32,000 nucleotides of DNA from Psychrobacter cryohalolentis K5 (lineage in GTDB: Bacteria > Pseudomonadota > Gammaproteobacteria > Pseudomonadales > Moraxellaceae): NCBI RefSeq assembly GCF_000013905.1, contig NC_007969.1:1740001-1772000 (forward strand), in the 5' to 3' direction. A model generated the notes under the pieces. That model made no database searches, was not told the DNA's origin, and saw nothing but the letters and a program-made list of their open reading frames with translations. Within the stretch, counting starts at the first letter, position 1, and each line of letters opens with the position of its first letter. This document shows, one piece after another, positions 1 through 9,019 of the stretch. The translations under genes were made by a program, and so were the position numbers.

Positions 1-1
1 G

Positions 2-463
2 CCTGGTAGCTCAATCATGCCGGGTAAAGTAAACCCTGTTATACCTGAAGTGGTCAATCAAGCGTGTTTTCATGTAATGGGTATTGATACCGCTATCGTC
101 ATGGCATCAGAGAACGCTCAGCTACAACTCAATGTCTTTGAGCCAGTCATTGCTTTCAACTTATTTACCGGTATGAGCATGATGGCAAATATCTGTGAGA
201 TATTTGCCACGCGCTGTATCGATGGCGTAATGATGAATAATGAAGCGTGTAATACTGAAGTATTCAACAATATTGGTCTGGTAACCGCATTAAACCCACA
301 TTTGGGTTATGAGTCGTCTACCTATGTGGCAAGAAAAGCCCAAGAAACCGGTGGTCGTGTTTATGACATCGTTCTAGAAGAGAACCTGATGGATAAAGAG
401 ACGTTAGACAATCTACTCTCTCCTGCTAACATGGTATATCCAAAGGTCAAACTAACCCCTTAG
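2..463 (+). CDS. aspA: Aspartate ammonia-lyase, C-terminal part (5' end cut by window edge)
   Basis: The frame is open from nt 2 and reads PGSSIMPGKVNPVIPEVVNQACFHVMG. GSSxMPxKxNP is the fumarate-lyase superfamily signature. The PV(I/V)PEVVNQ.CF.V.G continuation matches my memory of AspA rather than FumC. Stop TAG at 461-463. Confidence 0.85.
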   Translation, partial: PGSSIMPGKVNPVIPEVVNQACFHVMGIDTAIVMASENAQLQLNVFEPVIAFNLFTGMSMMANICEIFATRCIDGVMMNNEACNTEVFNNIGLVTALNPHLGYESSTYVARKAQETGGRVYDIVLEENLMDKETLDNLLSPANMVYPKVKLTP

Positions 464-480
464 TTTTTCTTTTTTAACGT

Positions 481-520
481 AAAAAGGCTGGGTTAGCAAT
501 TGCTAATCCAGCCTTTTTTT
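481..520. terminator. Bidirectional intrinsic terminator between convergent aspA and the GlcG-like gene
   Basis: aaaaaGGCTGGGTTAGCAATTGCTAATCCAGCCttttttt. The stem is about 14 bp with one G-U pair, flanked by an A-run and a T-run. Confidence 0.7.
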
Positions 521-627
521 ATTTTATTCATACCTGCATTATTTGGGGAAAGCCTATAAGCTATATCTACGCACTGTCTAAAGATTGTGAAAATTAAAAA
601 TTAGTGCGTGGAACTTGCCCTATATAT

Positions 628-1089
628 TTACTCTAAAACGCTTAAGCCTGCGAGAGCAATACTTACATCTTCATTGCCATGTGCGCCGCCCACACCAATA
701 CCGCCAGCCACAATACCATCAATATATACAGGAATACCGCCCGGCATTATCAGTATGTTTTCATCAAGGTATCTGATGTCGGCAGCAATACTACCGTCCG
801 CAACGCCTCTAGCGATAACTGCTGTTTCTCTTTTTTGCGAATTGGCTGTATAGGCTTTTTTATAACTTGAGCGAATAGTATGCACACCCGCTCGATGATC
901 CTTTAAAAAGGCCAGTATTTGCCCAGAACGATCAACCACCGTCACCGATACCATTAGACCATGCCTTTTAGACTCTATAAATGCAGCATTCACCATATCT
1001 TGTGCCATCTCGCCTGTAAGTAACGAGATTTTTGTATCTTGTGTTTCAGTACAAGAGACGCTATCCATAGCTGTAATTCCCATCTTCAA
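628..1089 (-). CDS. GlcG/HbpS-like (DUF336) putative heme-binding protein
   Basis: 153-aa ORF with the C-terminal [29 protein letters not shown] motif typical of DUF336/GlcG. AAGGA lies upstream of the ATG at 1089. Confidence 0.75.
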   Translation of the reverse strand: MKMGITAMDSVSCTETQDTKISLLTGEMAQDMVNAAFIESKRHGLMVSVTVVDRSGQILAFLKDHRAGVHTIRSSYKKAYTANSQKRETAVIARGVADGSIAADIRYLDENILIMPGGIPVYIDGIVAGGIGVGGAHGNEDVSIALAGLSVLE

Positions 1090-1127
1090 TCCTTGATTTG
1101 ATTTTATGAATAATTCATTGTCTTTGC

Positions 1128-1360
1128 TTAACTCTCAGGCGCACGCTTCATAGTAATAATCAGCATGCTCACCAATGTGATAAGTAGCATCAGCCAAACG
1201 GCTTGAAAGCTACCTGACCACTCACGCAAAAATCCGGCAAAGTACGGAATAATTGCGGTAATAACAAACTAATACCTTGTACAAATGCGATCACAGCACC
1301 AGCCAATGTAAGAGATGACAGAGATTCAAATACGACTGTTAACGTGAAAGAGATGCATCA
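1128..1360 (-). pseudogene. Remnant of an MFS (CynX-like) transporter: last ~75 codons only, with a 1-nt frameshift
   Basis: Hand translation of the minus strand:
- Codons at 1271-1357 give CISFTLTVVFESLSSLTLAGAVIAFVQGI.
- After an in-frame TAG at 1269-1271, the next frame (1131-1268) gives [46 protein letters not shown], with a stop at 1128-1130.
- The QGI...P...G.L.....GS...W pattern is typical of the last two TM helices of CynX-type MFS proteins.
- No ORF of 60 aa or more is tracked here, and there is not enough room (about 580 bp) for a full gene. Confidence 0.5.
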
Positions 1361-1540
1361 ATTTTATAAAAATGATAACTGAAACACTGTAGAGGTTAGC
1401 AATCGGTGCATGGCGACTGCTTGAATATTTATTCCTCTAGAAAGGCTTGTAAGGTATGAGCTTAGCAGCCAGTGTCATGATAATGTCTAAGATATCTATA
1501 TAAGCGGTTGAATAAGCTTTTTGATAATACGGACAAGAGC

Positions 1541-1667
1541 GTCATGCTTTTAGCAACTAGCAACTAGCAACTAGCAACTAGCAACTAGCAACTAGCAACT
1601 AGCAACTAGCAACTAGCAACTAGCAACTAGCAACTAGCAACTAGCAACTAGCAACTAAAAGCATGAC
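1541..1667. repeat. Perfect 12-bp inverted repeat bracketing the heptamer array
   Basis: gtcatgctttta (1541-1552) is the exact reverse complement of taaaagcatgac (1656-1667). The inner ends of both arms overlap the array. Confidence 0.95.
1551..1657. repeat. Perfect heptanucleotide tandem repeat (TAGCAAC) x 15.3
   Basis: I counted 15 exact copies at 1551-1655 plus a partial 'ta'. Each unit creates a CTAG, so stop codons occur in all six frames and the array is non-coding. Confidence 0.97.
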
Positions 1668-1709
1668 CATAAAAATTTGCGAACGGTTACTGAAGTACTT
1701 ACTTTTATG

Positions 1710-4700
1710 CTAACTCATTTTATCCCATATCTTACTTAGACGCTTGGGCGATACCGCCATACGGGTTTTCATCGGCTGAGCAAACAGTTGAATGCGGTAC
1801 TCCTCGACCATCCAGCGGTAATCGCTGATGGCTTTATCATTAGCACGTCCTGCAAGTCTTTCCATATGTAAGTCAAGGGCATAGACGCCATCGAGGTCAG
1901 CTTCGACATTGTGCTCAAGGCGGTCGATACGAATCTCTAGCGCTTCCAGATAGCGTGGATACTGCTGCCAGTGGCTATAATCCATACGATAAACAAAATC
2001 AGCCAAATGCAAATCTGCTAACTGATCTTCAATATCTTCAATAGACTCGCCAAATATCTCTCGATCAAGCATTAGCATGCTTTGGCGAATACGTTGCCAG
2101 CGGGTATAAACGCTTTTGAGCGTTTTTATAACCGTTTGACCAATCAGCAAGAAGTTACTTAGTAGCACATCGAGCGTTTGGCTATACTCTTCAGGAGTAA
2201 AGGGTAGCTCCTCACTGAGTCCAACCGCAACATCATTAGCACTCTCAGGTAGGTCTGCCGTATGATCAAACAATACATAGTGCTCTTCGAGTGTTGCATC
2301 TAAAGTCGCATCAATAATGATAGTCTTAAGCTTTTCCATATCGCCAAGCGGTGCGAATGCCAGTTTAAATATGTTATCAACTTGACTGGTCAGCTGTTTT
2401 TTCTTTGAGCCAAGTCTGCTTTTGATTAGCGTTAACACCCCGATACGGTGCGCCTGCAGTGCTGCATTAACATCGGTATATTGATGGATAGATACCGCTT
2501 CACCTGCCTCGTCAGCAACCAAAGCAGCAAACTGCTTCATAACCACACCTGCGCTATGATGGTTTTTACTAAAGGCAAAGTGCTCAGGAAATTCTGTATG
2601 CGCGCCTTGCTGCTCATTCACCGCTTGGCGCGTCTGAGAAGCATGGCGAATCTGTAGCGTTTGCAGATCGCGTCCTTTTTCGATGATACGGTTCTTATCA
2701 TCGACCACGCAGATTTGTGGCTGCAAATAACGATCAATACTAGACGGATTAAAATGCTCTGTAGTAACTGACATAATGCCACGGCGGTTAAGTGCTTGGC
2801 AAAGCTGTTTTAATAACCCCTGTCCACCCGCAGGCTGCAATTCATCAAACAAGCTATCGGCAGTATCAGGAATAGGTACAATCTGACGACGAATGTCTTT
2901 TGGTAATGATTTTAATAACTGTAATACCAGCTCATAACGCCAACCGGGTACACCCCATAACAGCTCAATCGCATCAAGCTGCGGTAGCGCGACAAGTGGC
3001 ACACGGATGGTCACCCCATCATCATCGCTCGCTGGATCAAAAATATAGCGTAGTGGCAACTTTAAATCGCCAAGTTTCCACACTTCTGGGAAATCGCCTG
3101 TCGTTGGCGCTTGGCTATTAAGCACGTCTTCATCGGTAAAGAACAGATACTTAGTATCGGTTTTTTCAACTTCGGCACGCCAGTCTTCAAACGTTTTGCG
3201 GCTCGCAATATGATCGGGGATTTTTTTATCATAAAACTGATACAAGGACTCTTCATCGACCAATAAATCACGGCGGCGTAATTTATCCTCGATGCGTTCA
3301 ATGTCAGCAATTTTATCCATATTATGCTGTAAGAACGGTGCTTGTCTACCTAAATTTCCAGTAACCAGACCGTCACGGATAAATATCTCGCGCGACTCGC
3401 TTAGATTAACTTGCTCATAGTTGGTCAGTTGCTTACTGATAATAATCAGCCCGAATAAACTGATCTGGGCATAAGCTTTGACACGCCCCGTCTTCTTCGA
3501 CCAATGTGGCTCAAAGTAGTGATACTTTAATAAGTTACCGGCGGCTGAGATAATCCATTCTGGTTCAATCTTGGCAACGGTACGCATAAAGACTTGTGAG
3601 GTTTCGACCACTTCAAAAGCCATGACCCAAGGTGGTATTTGCTTAAAAACCGTACTGGCTGGGAATATTTTGGCTTTCTGCTGGCGAGCGGCTAAGTATT
3701 CACCGCGATTTTCAGTTTTGTGAGCAATCGTAGACAATAGACCTGTTAATAATGCGCGATGTAAATTGCCGTATTTAACAGCTTTGAGTTCTTCATCTTC
3801 AATCGCGGTAGGGTCACTGTGAGTCACTTCTTTCGAGGCATTCTTGTCAGCAGTTTTTGCCTCGTTAGCATCAGTCAGCTTAAGCTCAGTGACCATTTGT
3901 ACTAACTGACGATGGGTTTGACTCCACTCACGTACACGCGGGAAGCTTAGATAGTTTTTCTTCGTAAACTGCTTACGCTGATTGCCAGACAACTTATTGC
4001 CATCTTCGTCTTTCTCAAACAGGGCTTTCCACAGACTTAAATAGAATAAAAAATCAGAGTCATCTTGGCGAAATTCAGCATGCTTCTGATCCGCTTGCTG
4101 GCGCTTATTTACTGGCCGCTCGCGTGAATCTTGGACAGCAAGCGCCGCAACGACAATGAGCATTTCTCGGATACAGTCAAAATCGCTACCAGCTACCAGC
4201 ATACGTGCCAGCCTTGGATCGATTGGCATACGTGCCATCTTTTGACCAGTCGGTGTCAGAACCAGATGATCCAGACCCTGTTTTGATTTTGGCTTGTTAG
4301 TTTGTTTAGCTGAAGGTACGTCGTTTTTAGCAGTAATCGCGCCTAACTCATCAAGCAATTTATGTCCATCAGTAACCAAGCGACTGTCAGGTGGCTCAAT
4401 GAAGGCGAAATCATCGACGCTTCCTAGGCGCAGATTTGCCATTTGTAAAATAACGGATGCTAAGTTAGTGCGTAAAATCTCAGGTTCCGTAAATTCAGGA
4501 CGACCAGTAAAGTCCTCTTCGCTATATAAACGAATACAAACACCCGGCGCAACACGACCACAACGCCCTTTACGCTGATTGGCAGCAGCTTGCGAGATGG
4601 CTTCAATTGGTAAACGCTGTACGCGCGAACGATAAGAATAGCGTGATATACGCGCAAAACCCAAATCAATCACATAGCGAATGCCGGGTACGGTCAATGC

Positions 4701-5975
4701 CGTCTCAGCGACGTTAGTCGCGATAACAATACGTCGGCCGCGACCTGATGGCTGAAAGATACGCTGTTGCTCTTCATAAGTCTGCCGTGCAAATAGTGGC
4801 AACACTTCTGTATGTTTAGGTCCATGACGCTCAAGCACCTCTTGGAGCTCACGAATCTCAGCTTCAGTTGCAGCAAATATCAAGATATCTGCTTGATCGG
4901 CATGACCTTTATTTTGTGCATCGCTAAAGCATTCTTCCACTGCAGCAACCACCGCACGTGGCAGATTTTCTTCAAAGTCATCATAGCTATCATCGTCTGA
5001 GCTGGTTACGGGCTCATCTGTTAACGGACGATAACGCACTTCGACAGGGAAGCTTCGTCCTTCGACATTAAAAATAGGCGCAGGAATTTGCCGTTTAAGC
5101 TTATTATCGTAGCGACTAAAGTATTCACTAAAGCGTTTAGTGTCCAGTGTCGCTGAGGTAATAATGACTTTTAAATCAGGGCGCTTTGGCAGCAGTTTTT
5201 TTAAATAACCCATAATAAAGTCAATGTTTAAACTACGCTCATGGGCTTCATCAATAATAATAGTATCGTATTTACTCAAAAAACGATCATGACCAAGTTC
5301 AGCAAGCAAAATACCATCAGTCATTAGTTTAACGACAGATTGCGCCGTGCCCTGCTCGTTAAAGCGAATCTTGAAGCTGACCGTATTACCAAGCTGCTCG
5401 CCCAATTCTTCAGCGATACGGTTTGCCACACTGCGTGCCGCCAGTCGTCGAGGCTGTGTATGCCCTATTTGGCCACGTATACCGCGCCCTGCTAACATTG
5501 CTAACTTAGGCAGTTGCGTAGTTTTACCGGAGCCTGTCTCACCTGCAACGATAATCACTTGGTTATCGATGATTGCCTGAATCAAATCATCACCACGTTG
5601 GCTAACAGGGAGATCCTGATTCAGTTTTTCTGCCAGCCTATCTGGAATGCTCTCTATACGCGCTTGCACCGCTTGCTGCGAGCGAGCCTTTAATTGCTCA
5701 TATTGGGCGTGTTTTTTATCCAAATCATTGCTACTTTTAACGTTGTGTTTGCCATCCGTATTGCTATTTTTATTAGCAGACGGTTTTGCCCGTGCCAGCT
5801 CACGCTCAAGGCGACTGAGATAATACTCATCCTTCGCGAGCACGGGTAAATTAGCAACAGAAATAACCTGTTGAGCATTCACACTCTCTTTCTGCGTATT
5901 TTTTGTCTCGGCGTTCAGATTTTCGGCTTGTACAGGCTGGATTTTTTCTTGATTTTCTGTTGAAGTATCAGGCAT
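1710..5975 (-). CDS. hrpA: ATP-dependent RNA helicase HrpA (DEAH-box)
   Basis: 1421-aa ORF with GETGSGKTTQLPK (motif I), IIIDEAHERS (DEAH), TSATLD and QRKGRCGR motifs, plus the long HrpA-type C-terminal region. The N-terminus is about 55 aa longer than I recall for E. coli HrpA. Confidence 0.9.
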   Translation of the reverse strand: MPDTSTENQEKIQPVQAENLNAETKNTQKESVNAQQVISVANLPVLAKDEYYLSRLERELARAKPSANKNSNTDGKHNVKSSNDLDKKHAQYEQLKARSQQAVQARIESIPDRLAEKLNQDLPVSQRGDDLIQAIIDNQVIIVAGETGSGKTTQLPKLAMLAGRGIRGQIGHTQPRRLAARSVANRIAEELGEQLGNTVSFKIRFNEQGTAQSVVKLMTDGILLAELGHDRFLSKYDTIIIDEAHERSLNIDFIMGYLKKLLPKRPDLKVIITSATLDTKRFSEYFSRYDNKLKRQIPAPIFNVEGRSFPVEVRYRPLTDEPVTSSDDDSYDDFEENLPRAVVAAVEECFSDAQNKGHADQADILIFAATEAEIRELQEVLERHGPKHTEVLPLFARQTYEEQQRIFQPSGRGRRIVIATNVAETALTVPGIRYVIDLGFARISRYSYRSRVQRLPIEAISQAAANQRKGRCGRVAPGVCIRLYSEEDFTGRPEFTEPEILRTNLASVILQMANLRLGSVDDFAFIEPPDSRLVTDGHKLLDELGAITAKNDVPSAKQTNKPKSKQGLDHLVLTPTGQKMARMPIDPRLARMLVAGSDFDCIREMLIVVAALAVQDSRERPVNKRQQADQKHAEFRQDDSDFLFYLSLWKALFEKDEDGNKLSGNQRKQFTKKNYLSFPRVREWSQTHRQLVQMVTELKLTDANEAKTADKNASKEVTHSDPTAIEDEELKAVKYGNLHRALLTGLLSTIAHKTENRGEYLAARQQKAKIFPASTVFKQIPPWVMAFEVVETSQVFMRTVAKIEPEWIISAAGNLLKYHYFEPHWSKKTGRVKAYAQISLFGLIIISKQLTNYEQVNLSESREIFIRDGLVTGNLGRQAPFLQHNMDKIADIERIEDKLRRRDLLVDEESLYQFYDKKIPDHIASRKTFEDWRAEVEKTDTKYLFFTDEDVLNSQAPTTGDFPEVWKLGDLKLPLRYIFDPASDDDGVTIRVPLVALPQLDAIELLWGVPGWRYELVLQLLKSLPKDIRRQIVPIPDTADSLFDELQPAGGQGLLKQLCQALNRRGIMSVTTEHFNPSSIDRYLQPQICVVDDKNRIIEKGRDLQTLQIRHASQTRQAVNEQQGAHTEFPEHFAFSKNHHSAGVVMKQFAALVADEAGEAVSIHQYTDVNAALQAHRIGVLTLIKSRLGSKKKQLTSQVDNIFKLAFAPLGDMEKLKTIIIDATLDATLEEHYVLFDHTADLPESANDVAVGLSEELPFTPEEYSQTLDVLLSNFLLIGQTVIKTLKSVYTRWQRIRQSMLMLDREIFGESIEDIEDQLADLHLADFVYRMDYSHWQQYPRYLEALEIRIDRLEHNVEADLDGVYALDLHMERLAGRANDKAISDYRWMVEEYRIQLFAQPMKTRMAVSPKRLSKIWDKMS

Positions 5976-6181
5976 ATTTACTTAGGCTATTTATTATTTA
6001 GGAGTTGTTAGATTATGGGGATAATTGAGCTGCGATTCAAGTTACTCGTGTATGGCCTAGACTTGAGTTGTTGCTTATAGAACGTATCAAATTTCTAAAA
6101 TAACCAAAAATCTCACAGAGATAACGAGTGATTAGACGTATCTCTTAAAACTCATAAACACGTAAGCGACAATTAATATTA

Positions 6182-6778
6182 TCACAGTGCTAATTTTTTA
6201 AGATTTTTAATACTTAAATATCCTACGTATTTTTTATCTTCTATGACATTTATACTTTTATCAAGCGCTCTGGCAAGAGGCTCGATAATGATTTTAACAT
6301 TTGAGATAAGATCATTGACGTTATATATGTTGTCTATATCTACTTCAAACTTGTCATCAATATGTGAGGCAGCGTTAAAAGGCGATGCTTTATCTTTAAA
6401 AGTAAATTGTTTATAAAATTCGCTCTGTTTTGCTTGTTTAACTGCATCTGCTTGGCTATCAGCCACGATAAGTAGCTTATAATGAAACTCTTCAAAACTG
6501 CCCTGCTGATAGCCGCCTAAATTGATAAAGAATAGCTTTAAGTCGTTGGCGCACTCTGCTTGAATATTGGATTCCACTAATTTAATCGCATAATTATCAA
6601 CTTTGCTAATAGCGCGGTATGAATCAATATGCCACTTATTTTTCACTTCAGGCCAATGGTTATTGATATCTGCTATTAATTCATTAACCTGATTGGCCAC
6701 GCCAAAAAATATATCGTGTTGTTCAATCAACCGTCCTTTGGGACGACCGCCTAATTGAATCATATATAGGGTTGGCAT
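6182..6778 (-). CDS. DUF1543 family protein (two tandem DUF1543-like halves), function unknown
   Basis: - First half: LYMIQLGGRPKGRLIEQHDIFFGVA...WHIDSY.
- Second half: LFFINLGGYQQGSFEEFHYKLLIVA...SHIDDK. It repeats the same pattern.
- TAAGGAAT lies about 10 nt upstream of the ATG.
- The gene is visibly AT-rich. Confidence 0.6.
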   Translation of the reverse strand: MPTLYMIQLGGRPKGRLIEQHDIFFGVANQVNELIADINNHWPEVKNKWHIDSYRAISKVDNYAIKLVESNIQAECANDLKLFFINLGGYQQGSFEEFHYKLLIVADSQADAVKQAKQSEFYKQFTFKDKASPFNAASHIDDKFEVDIDNIYNVNDLISNVKIIIEPLARALDKSINVIEDKKYVGYLSIKNLKKLAL

Positions 6779-6930
6779 TTTAGAGATTCCTTAGACATCT
6801 TATATGTTCCTTGTTAGATAAACCTAGTCAGTTAATAGTCATCCCAATCTGCTTTGAGCAGCTAATACATCAATGATAACAAGAAAGAAACGATAAGTAT
6901 TTTATACCGACATTATGACTACTAGTAAAT

Positions 6931-6970
6931 GAAAAACCCAATGTTTAAGAATCACTTAAACATTGGGTTT
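6931..6970 (-). terminator. Intrinsic terminator of the DASS transporter gene
   Basis: 16-bp perfect stem AAACCCAATGTTTAAG / CTTAAACATTGGGTTT with a 5-nt loop. A T-run follows on the minus strand (gaaaaa on plus). Confidence 0.75.
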
Positions 6971-6999
6971 GTTCGGTTATAACTGTTTTCACTCATAGA

Positions 7000-8424
7000 T
7001 TATAGTAAGAAAAAATATGCCCACAAACCTATGATAAAGGTAGAAATAACATTCAGTATGACACCAACACGTATCATCTCTGTCTGCTTAATAAGACCCG
7101 TCCCAAAGACAATAGCGTTTGGTGGCGTGGCAACTGGTAGCATAAATGCGCAAGAAGCACCGATACCAATAATCATGACTAATACTGCAGGTGGTAGACC
7201 CATTTGCTCAGCAATAGCCGCAAACACAGGGACTAACAAGGCGGCAGAAGCCGTATTAGAAGCAAATTCTGTCAAGAATATAATGAATGCCGCAACTGCC
7301 AGTACCACGACGATAAGCGGTGCAGAGGACAGTCCATTAGCAACTGCTTGACCAAGAACCAACGATGCGCCTGAAACTTTTAACACTGTTGATAGCGCAA
7401 TACCACCACCGAACAACATGAGCACACCCCAGTCGGTATTGTCAGAAACTTGCTTCCATGAAACCAACCCTAAGCTGACCACCGCTGATGCTGCTAACAG
7501 TGCCACAATAGAATCAACATCAGCAATATTAAGTGCAGCACCAATTTGTTTCGAGAGTATCCAGCTTAGCGCTGTGACGATAAAAACAATAATCGTCAGT
7601 ACACGTGGCTTATTCCATGCAATAGCCTCATCATCTTCGTTCAGCGTGACCTGACGATTAAGATTGGGCTTGAGGAATAAATACATCGCACCGAGCAATA
7701 ATGGCAGCAGCACCAACATCATCGGAATACCAAACTTCATCCAATCGACAAACGCGATATCCAGTGCTTTTGCAGCAATAGCATTGGGTGGTGAACCAAC
7801 GATCGTACCCAAACCACCAAGGCTCGCAGAATAGGCAATACCTAATAGTACGAACACAAAAGTGCCACGGTCTTTTTCGCGGTCAACCTGCGTTAGAATA
7901 CCAAGCGCCAGTGGCAACATCATCGCTGCAGTAGCCGTATTTGATATCCACATCGATAAAAATGCGGTGACCCCAAATATTAGGAATACCGCATTCCTCA
8001 GATTGCCACCTGACATTGATAGAATCTTGAGCGCTATTTTCCTGTCTAATTGCTGCACATGCAATGCCGCCGCTAGTGCAAAGCCACCAAAGAACAAATA
8101 AATAATTGGGTTAGCAAAGCTTTGTAAGCCAATTTCAGCATCGAAATCCGGTAAACCAATTAGCGCTCCTACGACCACCACCAATATCGCTGTAATCGTC
8201 ACATGTACCGCTTCAGTTAACCATAAAACGCCGATAAAGAACAACATGGCGAGGCCTTTATTGGCACTGATATCATACGGCAATACGTTATAGATAAACA
8301 GACTGATAACCGCCGCGATAGCGACAACTATCAATCCTTTACCGGTACCTTTTGGGAAGGTATCTGTAAATAAATACTCGTTGCCATCATTAGGAAGATG
8401 GCTATCTAGTTTTTTCTCTGACAT
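7000..8424 (-). CDS. DASS/SLC13 family anion:sodium symporter (sulfate or di/tricarboxylate type)
   Basis: 474-aa polytopic membrane protein with duplicated SNTATAAMMLP and SNTASAALLVP hairpin signatures and PPNAI motifs. AAGGA lies upstream of the ATG. Confidence 0.8.
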   Translation of the reverse strand: MSEKKLDSHLPNDGNEYLFTDTFPKGTGKGLIVVAIAAVISLFIYNVLPYDISANKGLAMLFFIGVLWLTEAVHVTITAILVVVVGALIGLPDFDAEIGLQSFANPIIYLFFGGFALAAALHVQQLDRKIALKILSMSGGNLRNAVFLIFGVTAFLSMWISNTATAAMMLPLALGILTQVDREKDRGTFVFVLLGIAYSASLGGLGTIVGSPPNAIAAKALDIAFVDWMKFGIPMMLVLLPLLLGAMYLFLKPNLNRQVTLNEDDEAIAWNKPRVLTIIVFIVTALSWILSKQIGAALNIADVDSIVALLAASAVVSLGLVSWKQVSDNTDWGVLMLFGGGIALSTVLKVSGASLVLGQAVANGLSSAPLIVVVLAVAAFIIFLTEFASNTASAALLVPVFAAIAEQMGLPPAVLVMIIGIGASCAFMLPVATPPNAIVFGTGLIKQTEMIRVGVILNVISTFIIGLWAYFFLL

Positions 8425-8809
8425 ATAATGTCCTTATTGTACCCAAAGACGGTGTTAAAAATTATAAATATAAAGACGTCTTTCAGCTGTTAACCATACC
8501 TTTATAATCGTACTTAATAACAGTACTGACAAAAACAAGGTGCCATCATAGCAGAAATATTATCCACCAAATTATTATCAATATAGACATATTGAAAACC
8601 TTGTCAGAAATATAATCTTTATTTCATCTATCCAAAACCAATTGGCTTTATAAATATGGCTTTAAGTCTATTTTGAAAAACCAGAAGTCAGTTTGATACA
8701 AAGTTACATACCGTCACTAAATATGTTCATATCTTCCCTGTACAACTCATAAGCTGTATCACATACTGAGTTGGTGAAGAACGTTAATAAAAACAAATAG
8801 GAGATTCTC

Positions 8810-8971
8810 ATGGCAGATGACAACAAAACTGACTCAACGACGAAAATGGCACCAAAAGACATCAACCAAGATGGATTGGCTAAAGAAGATCAGCAGCGTA
8901 CTGACGATTCTGCGTTAGATATGATGCAAGGGTTGCACGAACATGAAGACCATAAAGAAGACGATCAGTAG
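8810..8971 (+). CDS. Small acidic hydrophilic protein, 53 aa (below the ORF-track cutoff)
   Basis: Hand translation gives MADDNKTDSTTKMAPKDINQDGLAKEDQQRTDDSALDMMQGLHEHEDHKEDDQ*. AGGAG at 8799-8803 lies 6 nt before the ATG. A weak hairpin with a T-run follows at about 9008-9041. I recognise no family. Confidence 0.45.
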   Translation: MADDNKTDSTTKMAPKDINQDGLAKEDQQRTDDSALDMMQGLHEHEDHKEDDQ

Positions 8972-9019
8972 TCTGTATGGATTCGATTGAAATAAAATTT
9001 AAAAATGAAAAAGCGTTTA

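Noticed and set aside
1551-1657. Possibility that the repeat array is a CRISPR array or a coding repeat
   Set aside because: The units are 7 nt and contiguous with no spacers, so it is not CRISPR. TAG occurs in all frames on both strands, so it is not coding.
5976-5990. 15-nt exact match atttacttaggctat, also present at 16423-16437
   Set aside because: One copy lies in the hrpA leader and the other overlaps the yejF stop codon, so they share no context. A single 15-mer coincidence in 32 kb on two strands is roughly what chance predicts.
7031-8101. Antisense ORFs (106, 78 and 79 aa) inside the DASS transporter gene. Similar nested ORFs occur in hrpA, fabI (9850-10194), gloB (20483-20788), yejA, the HolD-like gene and the M48 gene.
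   Set aside because: Each is fully embedded in a longer ORF with clear family motifs. They have no RBS and no recognisable motifs, so they are typical shadow ORFs.
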